From a virus (Duplodnaviria > Caudoviricetes): 64,000 nt of DNA. The stretch covers positions 1 through 64,000 of the IMG/VR virus record IMGVR_UViG_2061766007_001346. One strand, given 5' to 3'. Every line of letters begins with the position of its first letter. The stretch's first letter is position 1. A program made the position numbers and the translations under genes. The notes beneath the pieces are model-generated. The model worked only from the letters and a program-made list of their open reading frames with translations. It searched no databases and was not told the origin of the DNA. Positions 36,022 through 49,317 of the stretch are shown here, in pieces.

Positions 36022-37902
36022 CTAAAAATGTTGTCCTATTCTACTTAATTCATCATAACGAGGGTTGGCCCTTGCCTCTTCTGTTGCTTGTAAAAGATAA
36101 TCATTTGCCATCACACGTTCTGGAACATTTCTGGTCTCTTGTTTGGAAATCGCCTCATCCATGGTAGAATTGAATCCATACCATGCAGAATCTTTTGCAT
36201 AAACAAATACAATTCCTTCCCAAAAATCTCCAGATTCTGATTCTGCGTATTTTCGATTGAGAGAATCTTTCTTCTTATCACCATACGCTTTATCATATCT
36301 AACATAGTTATTATAGGCGTCTTTAATCTTCTTTGCTTCAGACTTATCAACTTTTCTTAAGAATAATTTTTCATCCTTTGTTAACTTAATAGTATCGTCA
36401 CCAGCAAAAGCAGAAAATGCCAAGAATGGCCGTGTATCGCGAAGCGTGAATGATTTTCCATCTTCTGATGGAATAACATCTTGTGCAGATAGCTTTGGAT
36501 ATTTAGCAAGCATTGCGTTTCTTTCTGTCGGAGTAAGATTCCTCATATTACCAGAATCTTTAACATCCTTCATAAACGCATTAAATTCCCGTAATTTCTC
36601 AAAATCGGGACGAATGTGTCCATTATCGTCTTTTCATGGAAGATATACTTTTGAAGTTCCACTACCTCCATTATAGAAAATTGTCGGGCGTTCGGATTCG
36701 GTGACCGGATGGTCTCCAAAAGTTATATCTTGTGTATTAACACTAGACGATAAAGCGTGTCCGTCTTTACCGCTACTGAAGAACATTTTCTGAAGATTCA
36801 TTGGATCAAGTGGCTGCATATCCCAGTTTAACATCGGACCCCAGTCTTCACCCTGAGCAAGATATGTACCTTTTTCATGAATCTTAGATGCCGTAGGCGC
36901 AATTAAGAATTGCTCTCTAGTTCCTTTTCCTAATCCAAAACGATATTGATATGTGTTGTGAGTCTTCAAATCCTCATCGTCTCCACTGCCACCTCCACCA
37001 GCAGCCTTACTAGCAGAAGCTTCATAAGAGTATTTTTCTTCTCTATCAACCTGTGAGAAGATTATTTTACGTAAGTACTCTTGCGGGTCTGTTCCACTCA
37101 TTGCCGCACGAGCTCTTAATAAGTTCTGTGCATCTCTTGATAATTGGCTAAATAATAACGATGAGAAATCATATAAATCTGCCTTAGAGTACTTTGAAGA
37201 AATTTTATAAATATCTCCGTCAATAACGTCCCCGGCAAGTTCTTTTATTTTACTTCCTACTGCAAACTGATCCTTTGAAACATTTCCAAAATTACTAATA
37301 ATAGTATCAATTTCCTGTCGAATGTCTTTCTGACCAACAATATCTGATGTAACTGTATCCAAGATTTCATCACTGAATGCGAACTCAGGATTGCGCTGAC
37401 GCAAGAACATCAATTCTGAATTGGAAATCGGAGCGTATCTTTCATTCGAATAATCGTCAGGACTAACTTTGGTAATTTTTCCGTCCTCTCTGTCTCGTAC
37501 CCACATCTTACCATATGAATCCAATGCTACTTCAGAACCAGCGTCGTGTTTCTTAATTTCGGTTAAAGCGTTATCTCAATGTTCTTTATTAGCTTTTGCA
37601 ACACTAGCTAACTGCATTATTTGAAGCATACCAGGCATAGCAGAACGATAATCGCCATCAATCATGAGTTCCCGAGATTTTCTCTGGAATTGAATCAATT
37701 TATTATAAATCATCTGAATATCACTTGGAAGTAAATTTTGATCCTTCATTAAAGAAATCAATTCTTTATCCAGTGGATCGAGTTTTGCTTCAGAACTAGA
37801 AGCCTCAGATCCGGAACCTCTGGAACCTTGGCCTAATCATTGTTCTGGAATAAAGGGGGTGTATATTAACCCACCCCCTTGTTGATATACTTTTAATTTC
37901 AT
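36022..37902 (-). CDS. Putative internal virion (cargo) protein, ~626 aa
   Basis: Fragments 36022, 36634 and 37576 are in one frame; starts MKLKVYQQGGG; position in the cargo cluster. Confidence 0.7.
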
Positions 37903-40900
37903 TATTTTAACGCTCTTAATAATAGTTTAATTGTATTATCGCTTAGTTTAGCTATAGCATGATGTGTAGCCTTATTATTGTCGATTCAGATTTGTTCCTC
38001 CGGCTCCTTAGTGTATCGGGTCGAACCTCTCAGATATCCACCTTTCTTATACACACCAGATGATGTACCTGTCATTGCACGAGGATAACGATAATTTAAT
38101 CCGTTTTGATAGAGCCAATCCCTAATAGCATTTGCAGATGATTTCTGCCAATTCTCAATGGTCTCTATATTTGCGGACCAAGTTTCGGGATATTTTCTAC
38201 GAATATAATCTTCAAAATCAACATATTTAGCTTTCTCATCAACACCCAACCCATTATATTCAGCTCTGGCACCAGGGAATAAAGTATCAAGTTTTCTATT
38301 GAGTATGTCAGATTGACGTTCAATCTCTTTTTGTTTTTCATAATTAAGTATAACATTTCTATCTTGCTTAATATTGTTCTGAATTTCAAGTCCGAGATTT
38401 TCAATAGATTGTCCCTTACGTTGTAGATACTCGAGTTCTGGATTATATAATGCAGAATTAATAGAAGCGTTTCTAGCACGATTCTGATTTGCTGTAGATA
38501 TCTGATTAGCGATATTCTGATTCATTATATTCAACGCTTCCTTCTTTGCTTCCCAATCGGCCTGAGAACGTTGTGTTGTAATGTTCTGCTCTCTATCGTA
38601 TAACTGAGCCTCTCTTTGATTAGCCATTGCATTATTTGCAATAACATCGGAAGTTACAGGTTTAATTCCAGCCATACGTTCAGATCGCACTTGTTGTAAT
38701 GCTCTATCTAAAGCAGGATTATCATTACGTGGTGTATTTAACTGAACCGGAAGTTCGTTAAATCGAGCTGCTTCGATCGCTTTCTTAGAGGTATCGCGAT
38801 ACTTTCTCTGTAATCCAGAATTGATAAGATATCTTACCAAGCTGATTGCAGGTATCAAGTTCTTCGTACTATCGGAAAGATCTTCTGGTATTCCACCACC
38901 ATCATCAACCTCAGTATCTGTGGCAGTACTTGTCGAACGTGGTAAGATACCACTATGATAAGTAGTTGCTGACGGATTAAATTTATCATCCAATTTCATT
39001 CCCACAGTCTTAGTTGGATCTACGGCCTGAAGTTTTGGTCTTGGCAGACCATCTTCTTCGACAGGAATTTCTTCGACATCTTTAGGACCATATGCACTAA
39101 GATCAGGAGCACTTGATTTAGCATTTAAATTCCAAGCTTCATTAAATATATCTTGAATACCAGAGAGATAGTTCTCTTTTGGTTCGACACCAGGATCATT
39201 ACCATATGGCGTATAGATGCCATTGATGTATGTTCCCCAGTCGATACCCGGACGATAGGCGATATTATTGATTTCGTCAGTACTTAGATTAGAAGGAAGT
39301 GCATAATCAGGAACTCCGTATTTTAGATTTAAACCACGCTGTCCTTTTAGTACGCCACCGACCTGTTTTTTATCTACTAGTTGTCGCAATACATTCACAA
39401 GATCGTCAAAACTTTGATTATTGTTAGTTTTTACTTTTACAACATTTTGTTTTGCGAGCGGAACCGATACTGTAGGAACCGACAGCGGTGTACCATAATC
39501 ACCAACGTTGTATCGTAATGTGGTTGCTTGACCTAAATCCTTATCTGTATCTGGAAGAAAATGAATTGTTTTACCAGAATCCTGAATATACTTTACAGTG
39601 GTCTTTTCAGGACTTTCTTTTTCTGTTTCCTGAGTTTGTTCTACATAGTTGTATGGGGCAGGATTTCTTACCACAGTCATTTTTGGATACTGACGAACGG
39701 TAGCATTTCCTTCCAAACCGGATTTGACCCACGTACCTCTCTTTTCTCTTTCTTCTGAAAGGAACGCTTCTAAAAGTTCATCTGGAGGAAGTTCGTCATA
39801 AGTAACGTCTTCGTACTGTCCATTTCCATAATCCCATCTAACTGTTCCTCCGCGTTGTGATTTTGGAACAAATTTTTGTTTAAAAGAGTCAACCTTAGAT
39901 TTAGAAATTGTACCGCCTTCTTTATAAGAGTCTGAAATATTTTGATGCCATTCAGCACGTGTAATTCCTAAACCTTGCAGAATTTTCTTGGCATAATCCT
40001 TATTAATTTTTCTAGTTTTCCCATCACTTCCAACAGCATATCACGTATCATTGATATCGCGCATAATACGTTGTGTTACATTATTAAATGGAAGGACAAC
40101 TTTATCTATTTCAGATAATCTTAATTTCCTTTGTGTTGATGGGACACTAACTCCACCCCAGTTATCTGATCAACTTGTTGCTCCAGTTCATTTGTCAACA
40201 AAAACATCTTCTGGATTTCATGTTCCTTCAATCATAGATGGCGCCGATTGACCAGAAGCATTAAGATTACTAAAGGCTCCGTTAAAAGCGGCCTCGTTGC
40301 CATTTAGTTGTAAATTACCGTCTTTATCTACAACTAAATAATAAGGACTCCTAAATCCCCATGGATTATTGCTTGCCTCGCCATTATTAAAATATTTGAA
40401 AACTCTATACCCATTTGGATTTTCAAATTGTTGCTCGGAAATACCTGCAGATAGGATACCATTATCTCTAAAAATATTATCCAAATCAACGCCTTTAATT
40501 TTAGTACCAGGAATCCAGTCAGAATAATTTTCGATACCGGGAATATTGAGTCTTTCTGATATCTTAGCATATCTTTCAGACTGCGGCATATTTTGTTTAT
40601 TTATACTCTCTACGTAATCCATAATGGAGTATAAATTTCTGTTTGTTTTAACTTCCTCTGGAGTATATTTGTCTCCATTTACATCTATCAAACCAAAGGT
40701 ATATTTTGGATCTAGACCCATTTTGGTGACCATATCTGGAGTAATAAGCGTAGGATTGTTAGGATTTGCGGACCGTACAGACGGCGCTGTAGGTGTATCG
40801 GCAACAGGAGTCTGTGTAGTAGCAGATGCATCAGTATTACCGTCTGTTGCTCGGCCACCAGTAGTTCCACCGGTAGTTCCACTGGTACTATCAGTACCTC

Positions 40901-41669
40901 CACCTGTGCTGCCAGATGCTGGAGGAGCGATGTTATATTTGATACCAAACATTTCAAGTAAGTCCTCTACATCGGCATCATATTTATAACCAGGTTTGCC
41001 CATTGCAGCCCACAGACTGCTAAAATACTTGTTGCCAGAAGCGTATTTATCAGTATCCTTATACTCTTCTGTTTCGGCAATTTTATCCAACCATGCAGAA
41101 ATTGCATCGGTATTATATGCACTATAATCGTATTCAGACGCATCCCCGGCCTTTAAATGAGTTATGAGGTCGGAAACGCGTTTCTGCGCATTGAAGTTAT
41201 CCTCTTTCGTAGGAGAAAGGACACTATTATTATAATCTAACCGAATAGTACTTTTTTCAACAGCCTTCTTAGGTGAAGACTGTCCCGTAGTCGCAGGACC
41301 CTTACGAAGCACGTTGCGAATTATATGCAATACCTGATTGGTAGCCTGTTGAGATCTGTAAACCTTATTATTTGTCGCAGCGTCTCACTTCGAAGATTTC
41401 CTATTTTTTAGTTTGTCCAAGTCTTTATTACTGACACCAGTATATACATCTAGACTTTGGACGTTTTCTTTTAAGTTGCCAGTATATCGTCCGGATTGGA
41501 TGACACTTGACAGATTGCCGACCTGGGCCCTGAGTGCTGGCTCCATATTATCTACCTGATCGTTTATATCACGTAGTTGATCCTCGGTAATGTAATATTC
41601 CTGGTCGTCAAATAATATTTTGTATTTAGAAGTTTTTCCACCTTCTTGTAGTTTTCTCACTTGGGACAT
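37902..41669 (-). CDS. Putative internal virion (cargo) protein, ~1255 aa
   Basis: Fragments 37986, 40218 and 41385 are in one frame via TGA; several [YL][QK]xGG motifs; Gln/Asn-rich coiled-coil C-terminal part. Confidence 0.72.
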
Positions 41670-41702
41670 AAGGCATTATTAATATTAAATTAACATTATA
41701 TC

Positions 41703-41737
41703 AAAAACAGGGGATTAGTATTTCTCCAACCCCCTGT
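41703..41737 (-). terminator. Intrinsic terminator after the 96-aa gene
   Basis: Minus strand ACAGGGGGTTGG-AGAAATA-CTAATCCCCTGT followed by TTTT. Confidence 0.75.
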
Positions 41738-41758
41738 GTATCTGTCGTTGTGAGAATC

Positions 41759-42049
41759 CTACTTTACTTTCAGACCTCCACAAGCCTTCTTACAACCTTT
41801 CTTTAACTTACCGCCCTTTTGGAATACGGGTTGAGCTTCGGAACCTTGTTCTGACTGCAGGAGTTCCATAATGGCCTGAGCAAGTAACATTGCTGCATCT
41901 GGACCCATCTCTTGAATAATCTGTGCTGCCATTTGAGCGATTTGCTGCATTGCGGCCTCTTGTTCGCCACCCTGCATAGGAGCGGCCTGAGCTTCCGGAG
42001 CTGCTGCCATAGGAGCAGCGCCACCCTCTTGAAAACGTTTTATCTTCAT
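41759..42049 (-). CDS. Small Ala/Gln/Met-rich putative internal virion protein
   Basis: MKIKRFQEGG...FQKGGKLKK; has its own promoter and terminator. Confidence 0.75.
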   Translation of the reverse strand: MKIKRFQEGGAAPMAAAPEAQAAPMQGGEQEAAMQQIAQMAAQIIQEMGPDAAMLLAQAIMELLQSEQGSEAQPVFQKGGKLKKGCKKACGGLKVK

Positions 42050-42101
42050 TTGTATAAATTATTAATAATTAAACATTAATTTTCTTATAAGCATTTCACA
42101 G

Positions 42102-42138
42102 TGCGAATTTACAAAAAAAATAACGATTATCAAAATTT
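42102..42138 (-). promoter_or_regulatory. Bacteroidota primary-sigma-type promoter (-33 TTTG, -7 TAnnTTyG)
   Basis: Minus strand AAATTTTGAT...TAAATTCGCA with a 19-nt spacer after TTTG. Confidence 0.6.
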
Positions 42139-42163
42139 TTTCACAAAATAATTTCTTTGCCAG

Positions 42164-42200
42164 AAATTTTGATTTTTCAAGAACCTTTACTATCTTTGCA
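42164..42200 (+). promoter_or_regulatory. Bacteroidota primary-sigma-type promoter pointing against the late genes
   Basis: TTTG (42168-71), 19 nt, TATCTTTG (42191-98): full consensus match. Confidence 0.7.
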
Positions 42201-42204
42201 TTAG

Positions 42205-42301
42205 CAATTCAGAACAAAGAGTGTGAACGAACTTATAAGTTACTACATTAAAACAATTATCTGAATTCCTCATCCCTGACTGTTACAGTTGGGGAATTTT
42301 T
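42205..42301 (+). ncRNA. Candidate structured small RNA (~100 nt)
   Basis: Downstream of a consensus promoter; AATTCAGA/TCTGAATT closing stem, AACTTATAAGTT palindrome, terminator TCCCTGACTG-TTA-CAGTTGGGGA plus T tract; no ORF. Confidence 0.55.
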
Positions 42302-42725
42302 ATATATACATCTCTGCTAAACTATCCATATCTTCTACTGATACTTCTTCTGCAGTTACATAATCGGATAAATCAATAGTTTTGCCAAAGTCTTGTTGGT
42401 TCACCCATTCCTTAGTAGCGAAAGCGGCTAAGTCTTCTAACTTGATAAATCCAGATGTATCTAAATCAATAAGACTCGATAGTTTAGATAGGATTTCTTC
42501 TTGGATATATTGTTCGAGCTCTCTACGAGTAATATATTCGCTAAGATTTGCTTTCCTGTTGATAGGAACTCATTCACCGTTTACATACTCGTAAAGGATG
42601 CCGTTTGGTTTGTGTCATAAATAGTTTTTAGGAGGTTCGTTATCGTCAAACATGATTTTGACAACGTGCTCGTGTCTATAGAATTTATGACCTTTTGGAT
42701 CTGCGTGTGTTACAATTTTTCCCAT
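42300..42725 (-). CDS. Hypothetical protein, 141 aa, 2 TGA
   Basis: Open from ATG 42725 to TAA 42300 with TGA=W; LSEY/ATKEWV/DLSDY segments resemble fibre-type repeats; missed by the ORF track. Confidence 0.65.
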
Positions 42726-42726
42726 A

Positions 42727-43365
42727 TTATGCTTCTGTATATTCAGGTTCTCTATTATCTTGGGCGGTCATCTCGTTAAAAACATATCTACCCAGTGCCT
42801 TATAATCCTTGTCTTCTTTCGATACATAGGCTTTCTTGGCCTTTCTGATTATAACAACGCTCGATTTTCTACTAAAGATGCGTTCTCCGCCTTGTAATTC
42901 TGCTTGTACATTACCATCAGACCCGTATACATATAAACGATTAACTCCTAATTCCGGATGTTCGTCTATTTCTTCTTCATCCTCCGGTTCTGCATTATTT
43001 ATTTCCGAAAACAAATCTGTCTTATCCCCCGGCTTTACGCCAGAGTTAACATTCAATTCAATCACGCAAGATATAAATTCGGAACTTTCTGTTATTAGTT
43101 CTTCTGAGTTTGGTTGCCCCTGTTTAACAGAAATCACAACGCCGTTTTGATTTACAAAAATGATATCAAGCGGAATTTCTGTATCTTTCATTCAGAAGGA
43201 TAATTCTGACTGAGGATCATCTGAATAATCAAATAACATACCTTCGTCGGGTTCCATTTCGGTAACTCCCATTAAACCAGTAGCTTTATCTTCTTCTGTT
43301 TCCGCAACCATCAAATGGAAAACCCTTTCTCCAATTTGAACATCAATTCATTTTCTATTTTCCAT
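42727..43365 (-). CDS. DUF192-family protein with C-terminal extension, 212 aa
   Basis: VAETEEDKATGLM...EGMLF...SF[TGA=W]MKDTEIPLDIIFV...VIEL: canonical DUF192 signature. Confidence 0.85.
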
Positions 43366-44464
43366 TCTCAACCTCCTCTGTTATCATTCCAACATTATCT
43401 TGTGTATTTTCTATAAGTTCTTCAGCAATTAATTTACCTGCAGCAATCATAGCTTCATCGGAACCGTCTTTACGTAACTCCTCTAATTGTTTGGTTACAT
43501 CTAATCTAAAGATGATTTCCGAATTTTCAATCTCTGCAACTTGTTCTCCGACCGTACCGCCCTCGGCAGCCATTACGGGAATGCCTTTCTTAGTGGCGTC
43601 TTCCAAGTCCGGATTCACATCTGCAAGATTGTTCTTACGTGCGTGTAGAGCACCTTCAGGGAGGATATTAGTGTCAATACCAATTGTTCCACCATTCTGA
43701 AGTTTTTGGGCCTCCTGTTTCTTTGCAAGAATGGCTCTAACTTCTTCGGCAGACATTAGTTTTATACCATTCTTTCCTACAGTAACACCCATATAATTCT
43801 GTCCGGCGTAACGCATAAGATTCTGATGGTTTAAATCCTGGTAATAATCAGATTGCTTACGCATCGTGTTAGTCTCATTAATCTGAGAAAGAATTCTATC
43901 TGTAGAACGAGCTTCGCCAAGATAATTATTGATTTTCTTTCTTCCGAAAAGAACTCGTTTATTTGCAAGATCCTCCCCAGCTCTTAAATCAGCAAGTGCT
44001 GCTCCATAACCAGACTGCATTTCTTCTGCTTCATCGGACAGTTTATAATTATTAGTTCTACTTCCCATCAAACCTCAAATCATTGAATTACCAGGAAGCA
44101 TGTTCATTAAGTTGTTAAATATAGCAGTTCCTCCAACACCAGCCCGTTTTGCAGAATTTTTATCAATATTGCTTAGATTGGTGCCGGTAGCGTTACCAAG
44201 TGCGTCCACAACACCTGTTGCAGCAGCAATGATTTGGCCATAACCAGGGATCATGGCCAAACCTTGCCGTATTGTACTTTGTGCCGCTTTCTGGTCGGCC
44301 GAAAAATCGTCACCGTATTTATTACCAATAGCAGAACCCATTCCGGATATTGCATCTCCAGCCATAGAACCTCAGCCGCCAAGTTTAAGTCCCTGACCGC
44401 CGCTACTATTTCCGCCGCCAGTATTACTTTTTCCCATGTTATTTAAATTAGTCAAAAAACTCAT
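43355..44464 (-). CDS. Putative cargo protein (position of crAss cargo protein C1), 369 aa
   Basis: Fragments 43355 and 44075 joined by TGA; Gly-rich amphipathic N-terminus (IPGYGQIIAAATG); directly follows the muzzle gene. Confidence 0.65.
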
Positions 44465-44466
44465 AT

Positions 44467-47400
44467 CTACACATTAATTAAAGTTTTAATAGCGGCAATA
44501 ATAGCCAAATCTTTACCAGAATATCTAATGCGAATCTTAGCCCATTTGTCTCTAATCCGCACTTCTTTCTTCTGCTGAGCTCCAGCAATATCCATTCGTA
44601 GAGGTTCTATTTGTGCGAATCACATTCCATTCTTATACTGAATATTTCCTATTCTACGACCGTATCTATAGATGTCTTTAAATATCTGAGACTTAACTAA
44701 CATCTTTTGATTTAGTCTTAAATCGTATTTATATGTTCAATCATCAGAACGATATGTATTATTATCGTGTGTGTTGGATGTTGTCTTAATATCGGTAATA
44801 TTATTATATTCAGCCCTTTCCTTATGTACAGCTGTAAGCGGTGTGTTGTCCCGTTTAAATTCATAGTCATCTCCCATTATAGAGATTTCCATTTCATCGG
44901 GCTGTACATTATTTGAAATAATCTGAAGATTATCGAATATCTTTCCAATACCGATGGGATTGGATACTACGAATTCGAACTCAAATCCATTTTCATTATC
45001 GTACCAGCTTGAAACATGTCCACCGTTAAAAGCAACATCATATTTATGGTCTCAAATATAATAGAGATTATCGTTAGAATCGTCCTGCTTTTTATTTAGT
45101 GAATAAAATTCATCGTCGACATTTTCGGAAACAATCGGACATCAGTCATATTTAGTAACCCAAAGATTCTGACGTTCGTTGAAACAGATAGAATAAACCC
45201 GCTGTCCAGAATATCAGGTAAACATCACATCGCCCTTCTTTGCATTATAATGCGTTCTAATATCTGAAGTTCCCATATCCACTGATAATGGCTGAAGATT
45301 GTCTTTTAAATAGGTCTCAACCTTCATATCAGAGATTGTTTCGAATCCATTCCTATCAGAATATCTCCAGACCTTATTAGCATCAACATCGACACCATAA
45401 ATACCAATTGGTGTTCTTAACACAGAGTGTTCATATTTAGAACCATAGTCCTGCGAAATTACTGTAATCTCGTCCGGTAAAACCCCGTATCCATATATAT
45501 GAATCATCTCTCCGGTTGTTGTTTGCATAAGTGCTTTTGGATTCACAGCAACTAATCCTAATCCATGTTCCATGACAATAAAGATATTCTGTCCAAGCGA
45601 TATCAATTTAGTTATTGCACCATATTGTTTATCATAATCTTTGTAAGATAGTCCTTGGAACGTTCTATATCCATTTGTATAAGCATCTGTCACATGTACA
45701 TTCGAGAACATAATTCTGTTTGAGAATTCAGAACGCGAATATGGAACATCCGGCATCAGATTATATCGTTTTCTACCCACGGTTGCAGAAAGACCGTCGT
45801 TTAAAAGTAGGGATTCTTCTATCTTATTACCGGTTGCGGTAGACATACTATTTAATGGATAGAATGATCGAGGTGACCCAAACATAGACATTTCGTCGGT
45901 ATGGAAATTATCCATACACCGTAAACCTAAATTATATGAGGACAAACACTTAAATGTTACCCAATAACCCAAATCTACCGTATTTACGTCAGATAAATTC
46001 ACGTTGGATCATGGATCTATCGGTTCGTTGTTAGAATTTGTAGTCGGATTCTCTATGGCCTGTAGTACTTTATATCATCCTTCTTCGTCTAAAATCTGAT
46101 CGGATACTGGAGCTGTCGAATCTACGAAATTGTTAAGTATACGCATTGTTATTGTATTTGTATAGCAATCGCCGCGATATACATCTGAATTATAAATCTC
46201 GTTTTCTCCATTCCGTATTGGATTTCTTTCGGATACACAATAATATTCGGAAGAGTCCTGTTTCCTGACTAAAAATAAATTGGAAAGATTTGTATTTGAT
46301 TCATCCAAACGAATTGAGTAAATTTTACCTTCTGCAATATCATTTGCAGCAATTCCGACATATGGTGTAAACTTACCACGAACGATATTTAAGTCGTTAT
46401 TTTCGTTTTCAGACTTTATATTATATATTGGAACACCATAATGTAAATCTTTATAGTAAGATTCTGTTGTATACTTAAATCGATTTACTTCTGCCGCATT
46501 TCCCGCTATATTACTAAATTCGTAATTATCGATGACTTTTATGTTAGTATTAGGAGCCACATATACACATTTGCGTGCTTTTTTAGTGGGATCAGATCCA
46601 GTATATATATAATTTTCGTGATCTACCTTTAAATAATTATCGTTATAATATAGATCTGTTTCCGATTCTTGTACTCCGAAAGCACAATTCACATTATATT
46701 CATCGACGATTTCAAATATAGAACCATCTAGCATTCCACTAATAGAAGAGTTTACGCACGGGTCCAAACTTAGCAAACCTCGTCCCTTTAAGTTAGCAGT
46801 ACTTTCATAGATATATCTATCACAATATTTGGCAAAACTTCTAATTAATGCGTTCTCTGTTTCAAATGCCTTTCGCATGTTAGCAGGCATACGATAGAAC
46901 TCACCCAATATATCGGATATTTCGCTTGGTTCTGTAAATAACGGGATGCGTCTGTTTTCTCCATGACGTTCTACAATAAGATCGGTTATATATTCTGGGT
47001 CATTAGATATAAAATATATATGTGTAGCATGTTCTAACGGAGAATTTCCAATCGGTAAGGTCATATTTTCCGGTTCTATTAGAAGATAGTCTCAGAAAAA
47101 CACAGCATCGTCTTGGCCTACCTTATCAACATTATCGACGAGCGCTACTTCTCCAGCTTTGTATTTAGGATCTTTTATATAAGCACTATACCATTCGTTA
47201 TAATTTGTATACATGTGTGTATAATATGTTCCTGCTGGAGCGTTTGAATCGCGTTGTTCACATACACCAAATGATGTCAGTTCAAATTCTTTTAGTGAAT
47301 CTGCAAGATAATAAAGCATCGGTTTTTTAGATTCAGAAATATTTCTCTTCAATGCTTCCAGTTTAAGTTTGGAGCTTACAGTAGTCGTCACACCATATGA

Positions 47401-49317
47401 AACAGCAACGGTAAACATCTCCGGTGTTATGAAAATACCAGCGACTGGTGCCACGAGCAGGCCGAGGGCGACCTTCCATCATGTGTTGTTATAGTCACCT
47501 TCAAGATCTTCTATCCGTTTGATTAGTTCTTGTTGTCTATCTTTATCCGTACGATCTAGAGATAGAAAACTTTCTATCATTCAGTCATTTCCGTTTCAAA
47601 TCATCGGAAGATTACTCTTTTCATCGATCCCGATGGTTAATCCTTGACAAATAGTTCTTGGTATTCGTTTTTGCCGTACTACAAACCATCCCGCTACATT
47701 GTTACTTTCCAATAAAGAAACATCGCTCGGCAATTCAAAATTAAAGTATAATGGGCGAACTTTGTTTGAACTCGTTATAATATCGGCTCTTGGTGTACGG
47801 AATACACCAAGATCGTTAATGTACTGTGTATAAGTACTTTGCGTAGTTATCTCAGAATTAACAGATGTAAATACGCCGCCAGTAACATTAAACACAGGTG
47901 TTGTAGAACCATCTTTTAACACATAAACAATGCCGAAACGATAAATCTCATCTGGCCAGTATCCCAGTTTCGAATAGATGTTGGCTGTACTATAATACTC
48001 AGTTCCAGATTTATAGTCAGATGTAACTTTTGATATACCTTGTTCTTCTCCAAGATCTTGTTTTATCGTTACAGTAAAGCCTTTAGTAAAATCTTTTAAC
48101 TGTTGATACAACTTGAACGTTTCCTCTTGCCCAACGTTTCCTAAGAATAACATATTAGAATGTTGTGCTTCCGCTCTTGCCCAGTCAATAGTATGATAAT
48201 CGACATTAAGTTCCTCAATATCTACTGGAGTTTGTTGTTCAAATCCAGTTAACCATACTGTTTGATAGGGGTCTACATTCTGCCGCTTTTCTTCTGCAGT
48301 TCGCATGTCTTTCAAATCAATTGGCTCCGAAAGCATACCACATTCCGTCATACGATATCCTTGTGTATCAGAATATTCTCTTGTAAAATAAATATAAATT
48401 TTAGAGTAAATGAGATTTAAACCTGTAATTTTAAGATTTATCATCTTATCTGTGCGTTCATCTAAGAGCGTACCAGATATCGTTGATGGAACCGCATCAT
48501 TTCCATTAAATATAGAAACAATTCCTGATTCTCCTACAATATCTGTCTGATTAAAATCTCCGTCTCCAAATTTAATATAGAATGTATAATTACCGCCCTT
48601 CCATTGTCCGCCGGACTGTACACCAAGTAGCCCAATATTGGTTAAGATGCCGCTTGTTCTGATTAATTCGGATTCTTTACCAATCTCGGAATCAGAATAT
48701 ATATTTGTAAGAACATCTTGTGCTCTATTTACGAACTTGTACTGATTGTTTGGCAATACACTAAATCCAGAATTGATTATTCTTGGCTTACAACCGTCGG
48801 CAATCAGAATGAGATTTACAGAACCGTCATACGAATCCTGGATTTCAATAGTAACTGGTGTTTCCGTTGTATATCCCAAATCGACATTAGTTAAAGCAGA
48901 GTGTCCTTCTAATACATGTAGCGCGTCGTATATTACAAATCCATTTTCGTCTTTAAACGAACCTTTGTACTCTTCATCGTATAGTGTATTATCTCACGAA
49001 CTAGGATATCGTGGAGCGGGAAATGTTCCAATTTCTGTTTTATTACCATTGACTGAAACAATATACAAAACACCGTTACGCTCCTTGATACCAATTGGAG
49101 TGTAACCGTTTGTTAAATGAACGTATGATATTGTCTCGTTATCGATATCACTAACAATCTTCTTATTGCCTCGGTCGTTTTGCAGACAAAACTCATTACC
49201 GTTGTATGTGATAAACGTTCCGTTTATGTTATCTGTGAGTATTGTATTTGGAGTTACAATCGGATGTAAATCGAGATTAAGTCCATCCTTGAATTCGTTA
49301 TTTGCGTTTTGTCTCAT
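44467..49317 (-). CDS. Tail muzzle / tail stabilization protein (~1616 aa)
   Basis: Five fragments in one frame; N-term NEFKDGLNLD..LTDNINGT..LQNDRGN; LGYWPDEIYRFGIVY; YGAITKL; C-term RIRDKWAKIRIRYSG. Confidence 0.8.

Noticed and set aside
40790-40930. Gly/Thr-rich quasi-repeat (GGTDSTSGTTGGTTGG)
   Set aside because: A low-complexity protein linker, not a DNA repeat element.
11441-49317. Apparent pseudogenes or a decayed prophage (dozens of short ORF fragments)
   Set aside because: Fragments stay in one frame, the breaks checked are all TGA, no frameshifts were seen and catalytic motifs are intact; recoding explains it.
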